Source of the DNA: Felis catus
Lineage: Eukaryota
DNA: 64,000 nt
Direction: 5' to 3'
NCBI RefSeq assembly: GCF_018350175.1
Contig: NC_058368.1
Location: 169,882,001 to 169,946,000 of the forward strand
Within the stretch, counting starts at the first letter, position 1. Every line of letters starts with the position of its first letter. The position numbers were made by a program, and so were the translations under genes. Shown here one piece after another: positions 50,096 to 62,881 of this stretch. A model generated the notes under the pieces. That model was not told where the DNA came from. It searched no databases and worked only from the letters and a program-made list of their open reading frames with translations.

Positions 50096-50415
50096 GGGTT
50101 TCCATCTACATTGCTCTGCCAGTACTAATTCGCCCACCAGATGAGCCACTGGACTCTTTATGCTCATCATAATGCTCCCATATCTGGTTAGTACCATTTG
50201 TGTTCATGGCCTCATTCCAGATGGTTGTCTATCAAATTTAACCTTAAATCATTACTGCACTATATGCTAACTAACTTTGACATAAATTAGAAACTAACTA
50301 AATAAATATATTTTAAAAAGTTAACCACAAAAGAGGTGTTTTTCTTGATTTTATGAAACTGTTATTTTCTGCTGGTTATAATGATGTGAGAAAACTGATT
50401 AAAAGAGCAATTGGC

Positions 50416-50500
50416 CTGTAGTTAACAATACTATATTGTACGTTTAAAAATCGGTAAAATAGTAGATTCCATGTTAAATGTTCTTACTACAATAACAATG
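50416..50500 (+). mobile_element. short L1 3' end fragment
   Basis: 'tagttaacaatactatattgta...gtagattccatgttaaatgttcttactacaataa'; flanks aaaagagcaattggc / aaatgagaaattggc. Confidence 0.75.
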
Positions 50501-52220
50501 AAAAATGAGAAATTGGCTCTGTCACAAAATATGCACAGATATGCAAATGCACACATGCACGTTATTATGGTAAAAAGGCTGTGCAGTTACTGAACCCACA
50601 CAGTGTTTATTATACTTATTTATAATATATAGTATTTTTATTTCTAAACTAGACATTGAGTGGTCACACATTCACGGATTAAATATGTTCCAGTGATGTA
50701 CACAGAGCTAATCTATTGAAGGCATAGGTAAGCCAATCCATGTAAAATGAGATTAGTTCATGTGGGATGAGATACATTCAAATGACCCGTTTCATTTCAG
50801 TCCCCCTTTCTCAGTTGATTGGTTCAGCAGAAATTTTCATTTGTCCAAACTACTCCAGTGATCCATTCTGCTGATCTCTCTCTCAGTTGCCTTTAGAAGT
50901 TGTAAGTTTCCCTTCAGACTACTCCAACTCTTATAATAACCACACTTCACAAAGCTTTATGAAGCATCAAGTTTTTGTCCCTGAAATAAAAGTCTAGTTA
51001 CTTTCATTGTGAATGCTTTCCTTCAGCTGGGTGGAATGGAAACTTTTACGTTTCTGTCTCTTCAAATAACTATCAGGTCACATAGAAGCCTCAAAGAAAT
51101 CAACAGAAAACCTTGCTGCTCAACACATCAGTGGTTCCAGCCATTGTTAGAAAGTGAATAGGGTGCATTTTCCTGACATAAGCTACCTTCTTTTTGGTTT
51201 TGCCTATGCCTTCAAATTCAAGAAGCTGTGAATCAAAAAATAAATGCAATTTGCATGTCTATGTTAAAAGTCGACTCCAAATATTGTAATTTAATGTGCA
51301 TGAATTCCAGATAGATAAGTAGGACTGTAGTCTATGACCTCTGGCCTCGAGACTTGCTATTGCATTTGATAAAAATTAGAGTAGCCAGATGTGTAGCAGT
51401 TGGATTTGATTGTAGTTCCTGATAAAGTAAACCTTTTTAAGTTTGAATCCTGCTTTAAAGGACATCAGGACAACCAGCTAGAATTTATAAAAAGTATTAA
51501 TGTTCTGAGCATTCTTACAAAGCAAGAAGAAATACTTTCCAAATTTCTTTTTGTTTTCACTCTAGCATAGGCTCCTTAAGTTGTACTTCAAATATAAGGC
51601 ATTAGCTTATATTTGAAGACATGTAATTACATGCTTACTGCTTAGGGCTGGTCAGCATGGAATAAAAATTCGGCAGTAAGTTGCAATAGTGACTCCTTTC
51701 TACAAAGAGAAATTCAACTAGTTTCATATGACAGCCCCATACCAAATTTTTCCTAATTGTGCCTTTCCACAGGATATGGATTCAGTTTCATTCTTTTGTT
51801 GGGAGGAGTGAGTCAGGCTGATGGTAGCAATGGCCTCCAAAAAGGTAAAGAATTCCAAATTTACATAGTGCCATGTTCTTGGTTTGCCTATGCCACCATA
51901 GAGACAACCCGAAGCTGAGTGTGGAACATTTTGGTCCTAGAATCCTGGTAAAAACTACATGTACTTTACAGCAAAAGCCATGTATTTATTACAGATTATG
52001 AGATTGGTATTGTTTATATATTTGGCCATTTCAAAGCTCCCAAAGAGTCTATTTTATAAGGAAGATAATGAATCATAGGACATTTGCTATTCATAGAAAT
52101 AAAATGATTCTTTATATGATATTAACAAGAATAAGAATCTTTTTTAAAATTGAGACTTTGATGTATGCTTTGGTGCTCAACTATTGCATAAAACCTACTC
52201 CAAAATTTAGTAATTTAAAA

Positions 52221-53490
52221 TGAAACCAAATGTAGTATGAAAAAATATTTGTAAACCGTATACCTGATAAGGGGTTAATATCCAAAATGTATAAGGAACT
52301 CAAATAACTCAGCAAGAAAGCAATAACCTGATTTTAAAATGGGCAAAGAACCTGAATAGACATTTCTCAAAATGTACACAGAACTAAATGTACACATGGC
52401 CAACATTATGAGAGGTGTATGAAAAGGTGCCCAACATTAATAATCACAAGGGAAATGCAAATCAAAACCATAGTTAGATGTCACTTAACACCTGTTAAAG
52501 TGGCTGTTACAAAAAAGAAAAAAGAGGGGCGCCTGGGTGGCGCAGTCGGTTAAGCGTCCGACTTCAGCCAGGTCACGATCTCGCGGTCCGTGAGTTCGAG
52601 CCCCGTGTCGGGCTCTGGGCTGATGGCTCGGAGCCTGGAGCCTGTTTCCGATTCTGTGTCTCCCTCTCTCTCTGCCTCTCCCCCGTTCATGCTCTGTCTC
52701 TCTCTGTCCCAAAAATAAATAAACGTTGAAAAAAAAAAAAAAGATAGCAAACAAATGTTGCTAAGAATGTGGAGGAAAGAGGACCCTTGTACACTATGGG
52801 TGGGAATATTACCGAAAACTATAAAGGTCCCTCAAAAATTTAAAAATAGAACTACCATATGACCCAGCAGTCCCACTTCTGGGAATTTATGCAAAGGAAA
52901 TGAAATCAGTATCTGGAAAAGATACGTTTACCCCATGTTTATTGCTGCATTATTCACAGTAACCACAATATGGAAGCAACTTAAGTGTCCACTGATAAAT
53001 TAATGGATAAGAAAATGTAATTTATATATACATTATGTTAAGTGAAATAAGCCAGACATACAAAATAACATACTGTATTAGCTCACTTACATATGGCATC
53101 TAAAAAAAGTTGAATTCGTAGGAACAGAGATTAGAATAGTGGTTACCAAGGGGTTGGGAGTTGAGGGAAGTGGGGAAATGTTGGTCAAAGGTACAAAATT
53201 TTCGATATGCAGGATGAATAAGTTGTGGAGATCTAATGTACAGTATGGTGCCTATAGTTAAGAATACTGTATTACATAATTAAAATTTTCTAGGAAAGTG
53301 GATCTTAATTATTTCACAAAAAGGAAACGGAAAACCAGATAACTATGTGAGGTGATGGGTATGTTAATTATCTTGATTGTGGTAATCATTTCAAAATGGG
53401 TACATATATTAAATGGTCACATTGTACACCTTAACTGTATGCAATTTTGTCAATTATACCACAGTAGAGCTGGAAAAAATTAAAAACAAA
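52221..53490 (+). mobile_element. L1 (L1MA-type) ORF2 end and 3'UTR, 5'-truncated
   Basis: 'ctgataaggggttaatatccaaaat', 'ggaaatgcaaatcaaaacca', 'aatagaactaccatatgacccagca' and terminus 'cattgtacaccttaa...agctggaaaaaa'. Confidence 0.93.
52526..52742 (+). mobile_element. very young SINEC_Fc inserted in the L1
   Basis: Near-consensus head with A box tggcgcagtcgg and B box gttcgagcc, many CpGs, pure poly-A tail, A-rich TSD ending 'aaaaaaga'. Confidence 0.99.
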
Positions 53491-54579
53491 ACAATTACTT
53501 TCTCATAAATCGTAATTGGGCAGGATTTGGTGTGGTCAGTTTACCTCTATTCTGAGTGTGGCTGATAGATCCACTTGTAAGCTGGCTCACTCACATGCTG
53601 AACAAATTATTGATGGCTATAGGCTGGAAGCTCCCCTGGGTTGTTGGCAAGAAGTCTTGATTCTTTTTCACGTAGACCCGGCTATGCAACTGCTTGGGCT
53701 TCCTCATAGCACAGAGGCTGAGTTCCAAGAGGGAGAAAGCAGAAACCATTAGTCCTCTTAAAGGCTAGGCCCTAACTTGACAGAGCATCAGTCAAAGCAG
53801 TCCCAGGCCAGCCTAGATTCAAGAGGGTTAAGGAATCCATTCACTTGATAGAAGAGTGACATGCATAATACAGGAAAGGAATGAATGGATAGTGACCATC
53901 TTTGCATACCAGCCCCCACACTGTAATTAATAGCATTGGGTTTGAAAGTGGAAATGAACAACCTTAGACATTTGATCTTGGGTCAATATGATCCCCTATA
54001 GTCATCACAGGAGGTTTTAGTAACTCCTTTTCAATTGTTGAATAATTAATTTTCCCTTGGTAAATGTCCATTACCAGTGTTTATTTAAAAGGTAAGGAAG
54101 ACTGGTGTCCAGCCCAAAAGTCTTTTGACACAGAGAACAAAACCAGTTTGGAGATGGGACACTTGAAACCACAGTCTGGCTCTCCTTCAATAACCTTCTG
54201 ATTTGATAGTGTTCAGAACAACCTGGAAATCTGACTAGTTTTCTGGATTGTCATATTTCTCAGTATGATCATAACTAATATTAGGTACTTTCTGGGCTAG
54301 AGATGAAAAAAGAATATTTAAAGATCAAGATAAGAAATAGCAATATATGAAACACAAAATAGCTGAATTTGCTGGATTTTTGACTCAGAATAGAGGAATA
54401 AATGCCTGCATCCACAAAAGTAATGTTTTTACCTAACTCCTTTATAGAGAATTTCATCTGAAAGATGGTTTCTCTCCAGGAAAAACTAAAATAAACATTT
54501 TTGGGTGAGGTCACCAGTTTCAATATCAACTTGGGCATTTTAAGCCTAATGTAATATGGTCAGTAGAATTGAGAAGGTT

Positions 54580-54786
54580 AAATTGCCAATCTTGGCACTA
54601 TTGACATTTTAGACTGGATAATTCTATGTTAAAGGGGGCTGTTTTGTGCATTGTAGGATGATTAGTAGCATCCTTGGCCTCTAGCCACTAGATGCCAATA
54701 GTCCCGACCAGTTGTGACAATCAAAAGTATCTCCAGATGTTGCCAAACATTCTCTGAGGTAAAATTTTCCCATTTGAAAACCACTG
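54580..54786 (+). mobile_element. MER20 (hAT-Charlie)
   Basis: 'ttggcactattgacatttt...gtgcattgtaggatg...ccactagatgccaatag...gttgtgacaatcaaaa...ctccaga...ttgaaaaccactg'. Confidence 0.92.
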
Positions 54787-55064
54787 GGTTTTAATAAATT
54801 TATTATTAAAGAAAACACTTTTTTTCCTCTGAGGTGACTTTGTCTCAGTAACATTCCTCTGTCTGCCCTTTCATAGCCAGTGGTATCTTGATGAGCTAGT
54901 GTTATCTTCCATTTAAATAATAAAAAAAATGCTCCTTCAACTTAAAACTTGAATTGATATTTCAAGAAATATAAATGAGTGTGTTTGCTCATTCTTAATG
55001 CATTTTACCCCGGTGCTATTTGTGGATACCCCCAATAAGTGACTTTTTAATTTAAGAATGTTAA

Positions 55065-55226
55065 CAAAGATGATGGGCATTGAGGAGGGCATTTGTTGGG
55101 ATGAGCACTGGGTGTAAGCGATGAACCATGGGAATCTACCCCAAAAGCCAAGAGCAGGCTTTACACACTGTATGTTAGCCGTTTGACAATAAATTATATT
55201 TTAAAAATGAATAGAATGTATTAAAA
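55065..55226 (+). mobile_element. felid L1 (L1_Fc-like) extreme 3' end
   Basis: 'tgatgggcattgaggagggca...gggatgagcactgggtg...acactgtatgttagcc...tgacaataaatt'; TSD aagaatgttaa at 55054-55064 and 55227-55237. Confidence 0.9.
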
Positions 55227-55319
55227 AAGAATGTTAAAGAAATTTATAAAATAGAAAGACTTATGTATCATAGTGCTTGAAAGAGCCTCCACAATCACCT
55301 AATACAGATTCACATGACA

Positions 55320-55490
55320 GTAGAGCTAGAAGGGCTTTAGACACATTTTACCAAACTGCTTATTTACAAATGAAGAAATTGAGGCTTAGAAAGATCATTT
55401 GACTTAGTCACATCTTCAGACTTAATTATAGGCAAAATCTAAAGTAGAAACCCAAATCTCCCCATTTTCAGCTCAGCTCTCTTTACTGTC
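55320..55490 (-). mobile_element. MIR-family SINE
   Basis: 'agagctagaagggctttagac...tttacaaatgaagaaattgaggcttagaaag...tgactt'. Confidence 0.65.
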
Positions 55491-58400
55491 CCTTGGTGCT
55501 TTTCAAGGGAGCCTTCCCATATTATTTTCATGGTGCAGTATTTTTATATAAACATATGCTACAGTATTTTTAGACAGAACCCAATAGCACCGTGGGTGTA
55601 AGATTGAAAAGCTACAGGAAGGGAGGGGGTATTAAGGAATGCTTATTTCAAGGAAATTTTATGTGTGTGGAGTCTCTTATGATGAGATTTTTAACTGTAT
55701 CAGTAAGCACTTGTATATGTATTTTCTGTTTCCAGTGTTTGGCTATGACTAGATCTACTTCTGAAACTATCTCTTCTGCTCTCCCACTCCCAGTAGCTTG
55801 GAGAGATTATTTGGCATTGACACCATGCCCTTGGGTGATTTGCCTTCCTATTTAAAAACAGGTGAATCTAGTTCCAAAGTCATTCCCTAGGGTGACATTC
55901 ACATTGTAGCTCGAATCTATTTTGACTGTTTTCCCAGAGAAACTAGGCCAAGGAGCAAGATAAAAGGGGGTGCTAGCAGCAGCCCACCTTGCAGTGGTAT
56001 GGAAGAAGCATCTGGAAAAAAGGCTGCCTCAGAGAAGTCTCAGGGCCAGTACTTTGTTCAACAAAGTTCTATTGTCTCTACTTTCTAGGCTCCTCCCAAA
56101 CTTCTCTGTGCCTGTGCTGCCCTGACAATATCCCTGATCCCTGATTCTTTTAATTCAGCCAATCCATTTTACATTTTACATTTAACCTTTAAAATTTAGG
56201 ATGACGTTTTTAAACATCCATTTGTTGTGAGACAATTTACTGACCCTAGCAAGTGACCCTAGCAAGGATGGGCATGTGCTAAAGGAAGGTAAGGCATATT
56301 CATCTTATTCTGCAGATTGGGAAATGCAGCCACAAGAAATCAGGGATGTGTCTGAAGACACACCATTTAAGTAGTGACACTAATGACTCAGTGTTTTCCC
56401 CTAGACCCTACCCTTCCAAGACTAATAATGCACCATCTTTAACACAAACTAAAAAGGAGTAAAGTATTCATTATTTTTTTCTACTGAAAAAGAGAAAATC
56501 TGAGATGTGGAGTCAAAAGTAAATGTTAATAGTGTGGGAGGAAGGAGTAAGTATTCTCCATTATTTTTCATCTTCCTCTCTCCTGATAGTATTTGAAAAA
56601 ATAATTTACTAAAAAAATAGAAGGATTAAATGAAACTATCATTGTTATTCTAGAACTTGATTGAAAAGAGTTGGTCAGGGTCAGTGTTCTAGTAGAGCAA
56701 TGGTTATGAATTCTCAACAAGGCAGTTTCTGAAACATCTGGCAAGTGAACAACTTCAACTTCTCTTAGAGGTAGGCTGGTAATATATGCATGGATGAGTA
56801 GATGGTTGGGTAGATAGGTGAGCCACAGACAGAAAACTTAGGCTTCTTACTGTATTATTAAGTTTAGAAGTCAACTTTCAATTGGCTGGATTGAAGTCAT
56901 ATGATCAGTTTTTCAATTCTGTCTCGTCATTGGTACATACGCTCCCTCCCCCCACAAATGCATTCAGCACCTATTACCCTCTGGAAACGGACAGACAGTT
57001 TCTGAACCCTTTCCAGCTCATACCCAAAGAATCATACTGTCTTCTGAAAAGGAGCAAAGAAAGATTATAAAAAAGGGGGAATGTACAGCCTTTTCTATTT
57101 CAATCATTGGTAATCTTTAGGGAGTTAAAGCAACTAGGTACTTAAAATTTCTTAATGATTACCAAAAGTTTGTATAATAAAGTCTGTATTACTGCGGTGC
57201 AACTGTCTTGATCTTATTCTCTCTTTGTATCCATAATTTATGTTCAATTTAACTGATAATCAATTTACTCACTGAATATATGTGTAAACCCAGAGCATAG
57301 AAACTTCTTTTTCTAGCAGTTTTAAAAAATCAATATTTAACATCCTCTCTGTAAAGGCTTATATACAATTGGTTCCAATAAGTTTCCAAAAATTAGTTCT
57401 CTATGTGTTGAGACCAGAGTAATTCTGTTTAGATCATTTAGAACAATATGCTCTATTTTTAACAGTTTACATAAGAAAATTTTGTTAGTTGTCAGAATGC
57501 AACAAACTTGTTAATCTTTTGAAATGATGGGAAAACATTTTTAAAGACTAACGTACATGAACATTTTAATAGCCTTATATATAAAGGGAAAAATGAGAAC
57601 AATTAGTACTCCAGAACAGTAGGTTAAATTAAGGTACATTCAAACAGTGCGGCTATGAAAAAACAAGCCAGCCTTCAAAGATTTCATTAATTGAGAAAAT
57701 GCTCATTAAAAGTGACATGTATTGATCTCTGGGTTTGTGTGTGTGTACAAAGATTATTCTCTGGACTTTCAGAAAGTAGCTTTTATATAGGACAAGCACA
57801 CTACTAGGCTACTGGCCATTCTGATAGAGGATAGAGTTTAGAGTGTGACCCCAAACAACAAACAAACAACTCCAGTAATTCTGGCATTTACATAGAACCC
57901 TTCCTTGAATTTTCTCACTCAGATCTCAGAACTCTTGTCTTTCTACATTCTCTCTCTTAAAAGGCCATGGAAAGTGTAGGGGTCTTGGAGAAAGGGAAAA
58001 ACAAGGCCTGTTAGTCTAATCCCAAACCAGAGGAACTGACATAGTCCTTTATCAGATATGGTAATATTCACTGGGAATGGGTTTCCACAAAGAGGTTTAA
58101 AACTAAAGCCTATTAGTAATACTAAGAGTAGCTGCTCCGAGGTTTTGGAAGTTTATGGTCCTTGCTCTCTCTCAATCTCACGCATGATATATTTTTACAT
58201 AGAAAAATTCAGTCTACCAAACAGTATACATGATACATATGAAATATATCGAAGATGTGACAGATATAATTCAAAACATCTATAGTGATGGTTTCCAAAC
58301 AGAGAAACCATTGGTAGCTTCTATTATTTTTCTTGAAGTTTTTCCGTTTTCTATAAGGTTTTTTTATCAGAACTATTACATGTATGCAGACTTTTATGCA

Positions 58401-59548
58401 CAAACATACATGTCTTTAGGAGTAAAAAAGAAGTGAGGGTGGAATTTATTTCAGATTCTTGGGGCAGGTCAAAAAGCATAGACCATATATGCCAACGGCT
58501 TCTCCAAGAAAATAACGCTGTGATTCTGCTTGAATATTAGTTTAGATCAGTGTTCATCTGGTCATAATTTTATGCAGGGTCCGTAGCACTACAATTCTGT
58601 ACAAAGCAAAGCACATTGTTTAGGGTCTGCCCAATAGCATACCCTTATTTAAAAAGGTTGGTTGGTTTCTGCTTAAGGATGAAAAGAGCAGTTCACTGAG
58701 CAAAGATAAAGATCTATTTGCTTGGCTCGGTTTTCTCAGGGCCAATGATACAGGAACTGGAAGCCAAAATGTCAGGAGAGCCAGCATTTCTCCCAGTTTC
58801 TCACCTTGGTGAAGCCAAATGAGTTCTTTTCAGTCCGATTTGGAGGGGCACAGTCACAGGAGGTTGTAGCCACACACAATGAAAGCAGATTAGGCTGGCC
58901 CATTGTGGGTGACAGATAATTGTCCCTGCAACACCTCCTTCCGGGCCTGGAGGCATTTGTAGCCAGATTCTTAGCATGGATGGCTTTCTATCTCCAAACT
59001 CCTGCCTGGTAATTTTGTCCTTCCTCTCTTCATAGGGGTCTCAGTTGAGTTACTGATACAATTCTGTATAAAATCCTACCCCTCTTAGCATCCAGATGGA
59101 AAGCTGAACACTGAGAGAAAGAATAGAATGAGGAAAATTGGACTTTTTCATGTCTCACCCCTGAAACTGGTCCTTTCCCAGAAATATACACCTACTAGCG
59201 CCAGAGACTATTCTGGGTGTTCATCAGTTGTCCACTTTGGTGTTCAGAAATCCTGGTGATTCCAGGTCATCTCAAGGATGGTGATGTTTCTGAGCTATCT
59301 GGGGGAGTCTGGAGAGCTATGGGCATTGCTCTATACATTCAGAACCCAGTTCTGTCTCCCCAGAGACCTCTGAAGCATCACTGATCTGGAGATGGTCTTG
59401 TTGTCTCAGTCAGTACCAAAGCCAATGTCAGACTATAAAATCAATCGCAGGAGGCACACTTTGCTAACCCAGAAGATCTTTAATTTCATGAGAATCTGTA
59501 GGTGGTCATGGTGATTTGAATTCAGGGCTTTATAGTTGGCAAGTATAC

Positions 59549-60126
59549 TGTGGTAGTCAGAATTCTGAGATGGCCCCCCAAGGTCTCTGCCCCTGGTGTA
59601 TGTGCATTGTATAATTTTCTCCCCTTGTGTGTGCACAGAAGCTGTGAATATAATGACAAATCATTCCTATGATGAGATTATGAATCGGTTGACTTTAAGT
59701 CACTCAAAAGGGAAATCATCTGGATGGTATTGACTTAATCAAATTAGCCTTAAAAGGTTCTAGACCTGTCTGGAAAGAGAGATTTGAAGCATAAGAATGT
59801 GAGAGGGTTTAAAGGGAACCTTGGGGTAAAGACTCAAGAGTAGTGTTGAATAGAATGATTCCTGGCCAACAACCAGCAAGAAAAAGAGGATTTCAGTCCA
59901 AGGCTTGCAAGGAACTAAATTCTACTAATAGCCTAAATGAGCTGGAAGAGGCCCCCAAGCATCAGATGAGACCCATAACTAGTTGACTCCTTTATTTCAA
60001 CCTGGTTAAACCTAGCTAATTCATACCCAGACTTCTGACCTATAAAAAATGTGAGATAATAAATGTCTATTATTTTAAGTTGCTAATTTTGTGGTAACTT
60101 ATTACAGAGCAATAGAAAACTAATAA
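59549..60126 (+). mobile_element. MLT1E-like MaLR solo LTR, near full length
   Basis: 'tgtggtagtcagaattctgagatggcccccca' to 'gtgagataataaat...ttgtggtaacttattacagagcaatagaaaactaata'. Confidence 0.9.
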
Positions 60127-60384
60127 GTACCTCAAAGTTCATTTAGTTTTTGGTATAAAAACCATACTGATAGTGTCAATAAAAAACGATCATGCAGCTT
60201 CTCTTTGATTACCTTCAGTTCATGGAACATATTCTCTCTCAAAGCAGCTCATTCAATTGTATGAAAACTTTTGGTTATCAGGGACTATGGCCTTTTTCAT
60301 ATTGAGTTGACACCTGGTATGTAATTTTTAATCATTGATCTTAGGTCTATATTCTGGAATGAAATTAAAAATCCCCAATCTTTT

Positions 60385-60594
60385 GGGGCACCTGGGTGGC
60401 TAAGTCAATTGAGTGTCTGACTTTGACTCAGGTCATGATCTCACGGTTCATGGGTTTGAGCCCCACATCAGGCTCTGTGCTGACAGCTCAGAGGCTGGAG
60501 CCTACTTCCGATTCTGTGTGTCTCTCTCTCTCCCCTGCCCCCGTGCTCTCTCTCTCTCTCTCAAAAATAAAATGTTAAAAATTTTTAAAATTAA
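60385..60594 (+). mobile_element. Can-SINE (SINEC_Fc family)
   Basis: TSD aaaaatccccaatcttt at 60367-60383 and 60595-60611. Confidence 0.97.
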
Positions 60595-61246
60595 AAAAAT
60601 CCCCAATCTTTCTATCATATGCTAGTCTGTCAATTATCTGAAGACAGCGATCATGATCTAATAAGGCCTAGTATACTCTGTGTAAAAATCCAAACTCCTG
60701 AATAGCCCCAATTTGATATTTCTCTAGATATCTGTCAGCCTATACATTCAAATTTATCCAACATTCTTAAAACAGGACACCTAAAACATTATCCAAACTG
60801 TGGTCTTGTGCTTTCATCACCTCTCTTATTTGTGTATGAGGAACTAGTAGTAATATACTCAAAATTTATTTATTTTTATTTTTATTCAAGTATCATTAAT
60901 ATACAATGTCATATTAGTTTTAGGTGTACAATAGAGCGCTTCAACAATTCTATACATTACACAGTGATCATCATGAAAAGTGTATTCTTAATCTCCTTCG
61001 CCTCTTTGACCCATCTTCCCACCCACCTCCTCTCTGGTAACCACCTGTGTGTTCTCTGTAGTTAAGAGTCTGGTTTTGGTTTGCTTCTTTTTTTTCTTTA
61101 TTTTGTTAAAATTCACATATGACTGAAATAACATGGTATTTGTCTTTCTCAGACTTAGTTAACGTAGCATTATACCATCTAGATCTATCCATGTTGTTGC
61201 AAACAGCAAGATTTCATTCTTTTGTAGAGCTGAGTGATATTCCATT

Positions 61247-61362
61247 GTGTGTGCATGTATATACATATATACATGTATATACATATGTACACAATTATAT
61301 GTAAGTGTACATGTATATATACGTATACATACAAATATACATATACATTCACATATACGTAT
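61247..61362. repeat. (TA/CA)n low-complexity expansion in the L1
   Basis: Alternating tatacata... tract seen directly. Confidence 0.9.
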
Positions 61363-62670
61363 ACCACATCTTTATCCATTCATATATCGATGGGCACTTG
61401 GATTGCTTCCATAATTTGGCTATTATAATAATGCTGCAATAAACATAGGGGCACATGTATCTTTTCAGGTTGGTGTTCTCATATTCTTTGGGTAAATATC
61501 TGATAATAGAATTACTGAATCATATGGTAATTCTATTTTTAATTTTTTGAGGAAACTCCATACTGTTTTCCACAGTGGCTGCACCAGTTTGCACTCCTAC
61601 CAGCAGTGTACAAGGGTTCCTTTTTCTCAGCATCTTCAGCAATAGTATTTGTTTCTTGAGTTTTTTATTTTAGCCATTCTGATAGGTATGAGGTGATATC
61701 TCATTGTGGTTTCAATTTGCACTTCCCTGATGATGAGTGATGTTGAGCATCTTTTTATGAGTCTATTGACCATCAGTATGTCTTCTTTAGAGAAATGTCT
61801 GTTCATGTCTTCTGCCCATTTGTAATTGGATTATTTGTGGGATTTTTTTGTGCTGAGTTGTATAGGTTCTTTATATGTTTTGGATCCTAACTCTATAGGA
61901 TATGTAATCGGCAAATATCTTCTCTCATTGCGTAGATCGCCTTTTAGTTTAGTTTCTGTGGCTGAACAGAAGCTTTTTATTTTTATGTAGTCTCAATAGT
62001 TTATTTCTGCTTTTGTTTCTCTTGTTTCAGGAAACATATCTAGACAAATGTTGATAATGGCCTGTGTCAAAGAAATTATTGCCTGTGCTCTCTTAGATTT
62101 TTATGGTTTCACATTTAGATCTTTAGGTCTTTAATTTAGATCTCACATTTAGATCTTTAATACATTTTGAATTTATTTTTGTGTATGGTGTAAGAAAGTG
62201 GCCTGGTTTTTCCTTTTGCACATAGCTGTCCAGTTTTCCAAACAAGAGGCTTTTCCCATTGCATATTCTCACATCTTTTGTAAAAAATTATTGACCATAT
62301 AATTGTGGGTTATTTTCTAGGCTTTCTGTACTATACTGTTGATCTATGTTTCTATTTTTGTGCCAGTATACTGTTTTGATTACTACAGCTTTATTGTATA
62401 TCTTGAAATCAGAAATTGCAATACCTCCAGTTTTGTTCTTCTTTCTCAAGGTTGCTTTGGCTATTCATGGTCTTTTGTGGTTCCATACAAATTTTAGGAT
62501 TTTTTGTTCTACTTCTGTGACGAGTGCTGTTGGTATTTTGATAGGGATTACATTAAGTTTGTAGATTTCTTTGGGTAATATAAACATTTTAACAATACTT
62601 GTCCTCCCAATCCACGAGCATGGAATATCATTTTGTTTGTGTCACCTTCAGTTTCTTTCATTACTGTTTT

Positions 62671-62881
62671 TTTTTATTATTTTTTGATGTTTATTTATTT
62701 TTGAGAGAGAGAGAGCACAAGCAGGGAGGGACAGAGAGAGAGGGAGACGCAAAAACCAAAGCAGTCTACAGACTTCGAGCTGTCAGCACACAGCGTGACA
62801 CGGGGCTCAAACCCACTAACTATGGGATCATGACCTGAGCCAAAGTTGGATGCTTAACTGACTGAGCCATCCAGGCTCCCC
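62671..62881 (-). mobile_element. Can-SINE (SINEC_Fc family) inside L1 ORF2
   Basis: TSD ttcat(t/c)actgtttt at 62657-62670 and 62882-62895. Confidence 0.96.

Larger units (their letters stand above)
52170..53920 (-). mobile_element. MLT1H/G-like LTR split by an L1 (pieces ~52170-52220 and ~53490-53920)
   Basis: 'ctattgcataaaacctactccaaaatttagtaatttaaaa' continues as 'acaattactttctcat...ggctcactcacatg...gggcttcctcatagc...cagcctagattcaag...ccatctttg...ccaca'. Confidence 0.7.

Noticed and set aside
44572..52742. tRNA genes at the heads of the young SINEs (44572 and 52526)
   Set aside because: The A/B boxes belong to tRNA-derived Can-SINE heads, followed by a SINE body, poly-A and TSDs.
24461..56391. 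Scattered AP-1 words (TGA[C/G]TCA) as enhancers
   Set aside because: Several such 7-mers are expected by chance in 64 kb; no clustering or other support visible.
58540..59060. Possible ERVL-type LTR ending 'actgataca'
   Set aside because: Only the terminal word resembles an LTR end; I could not match the interior confidently.
14990..60625. Recurring similar ORFs (MAQSVKHLTLAQVMIS..., ...FLNVYLF...) suggesting a gene family
   Set aside because: All are translations of Can-SINE copies.
11771..62881. SINE strand bias (9 minus vs 4 plus) as evidence for host-gene direction
   Set aside because: Thirteen elements are too few; the split is compatible with chance.
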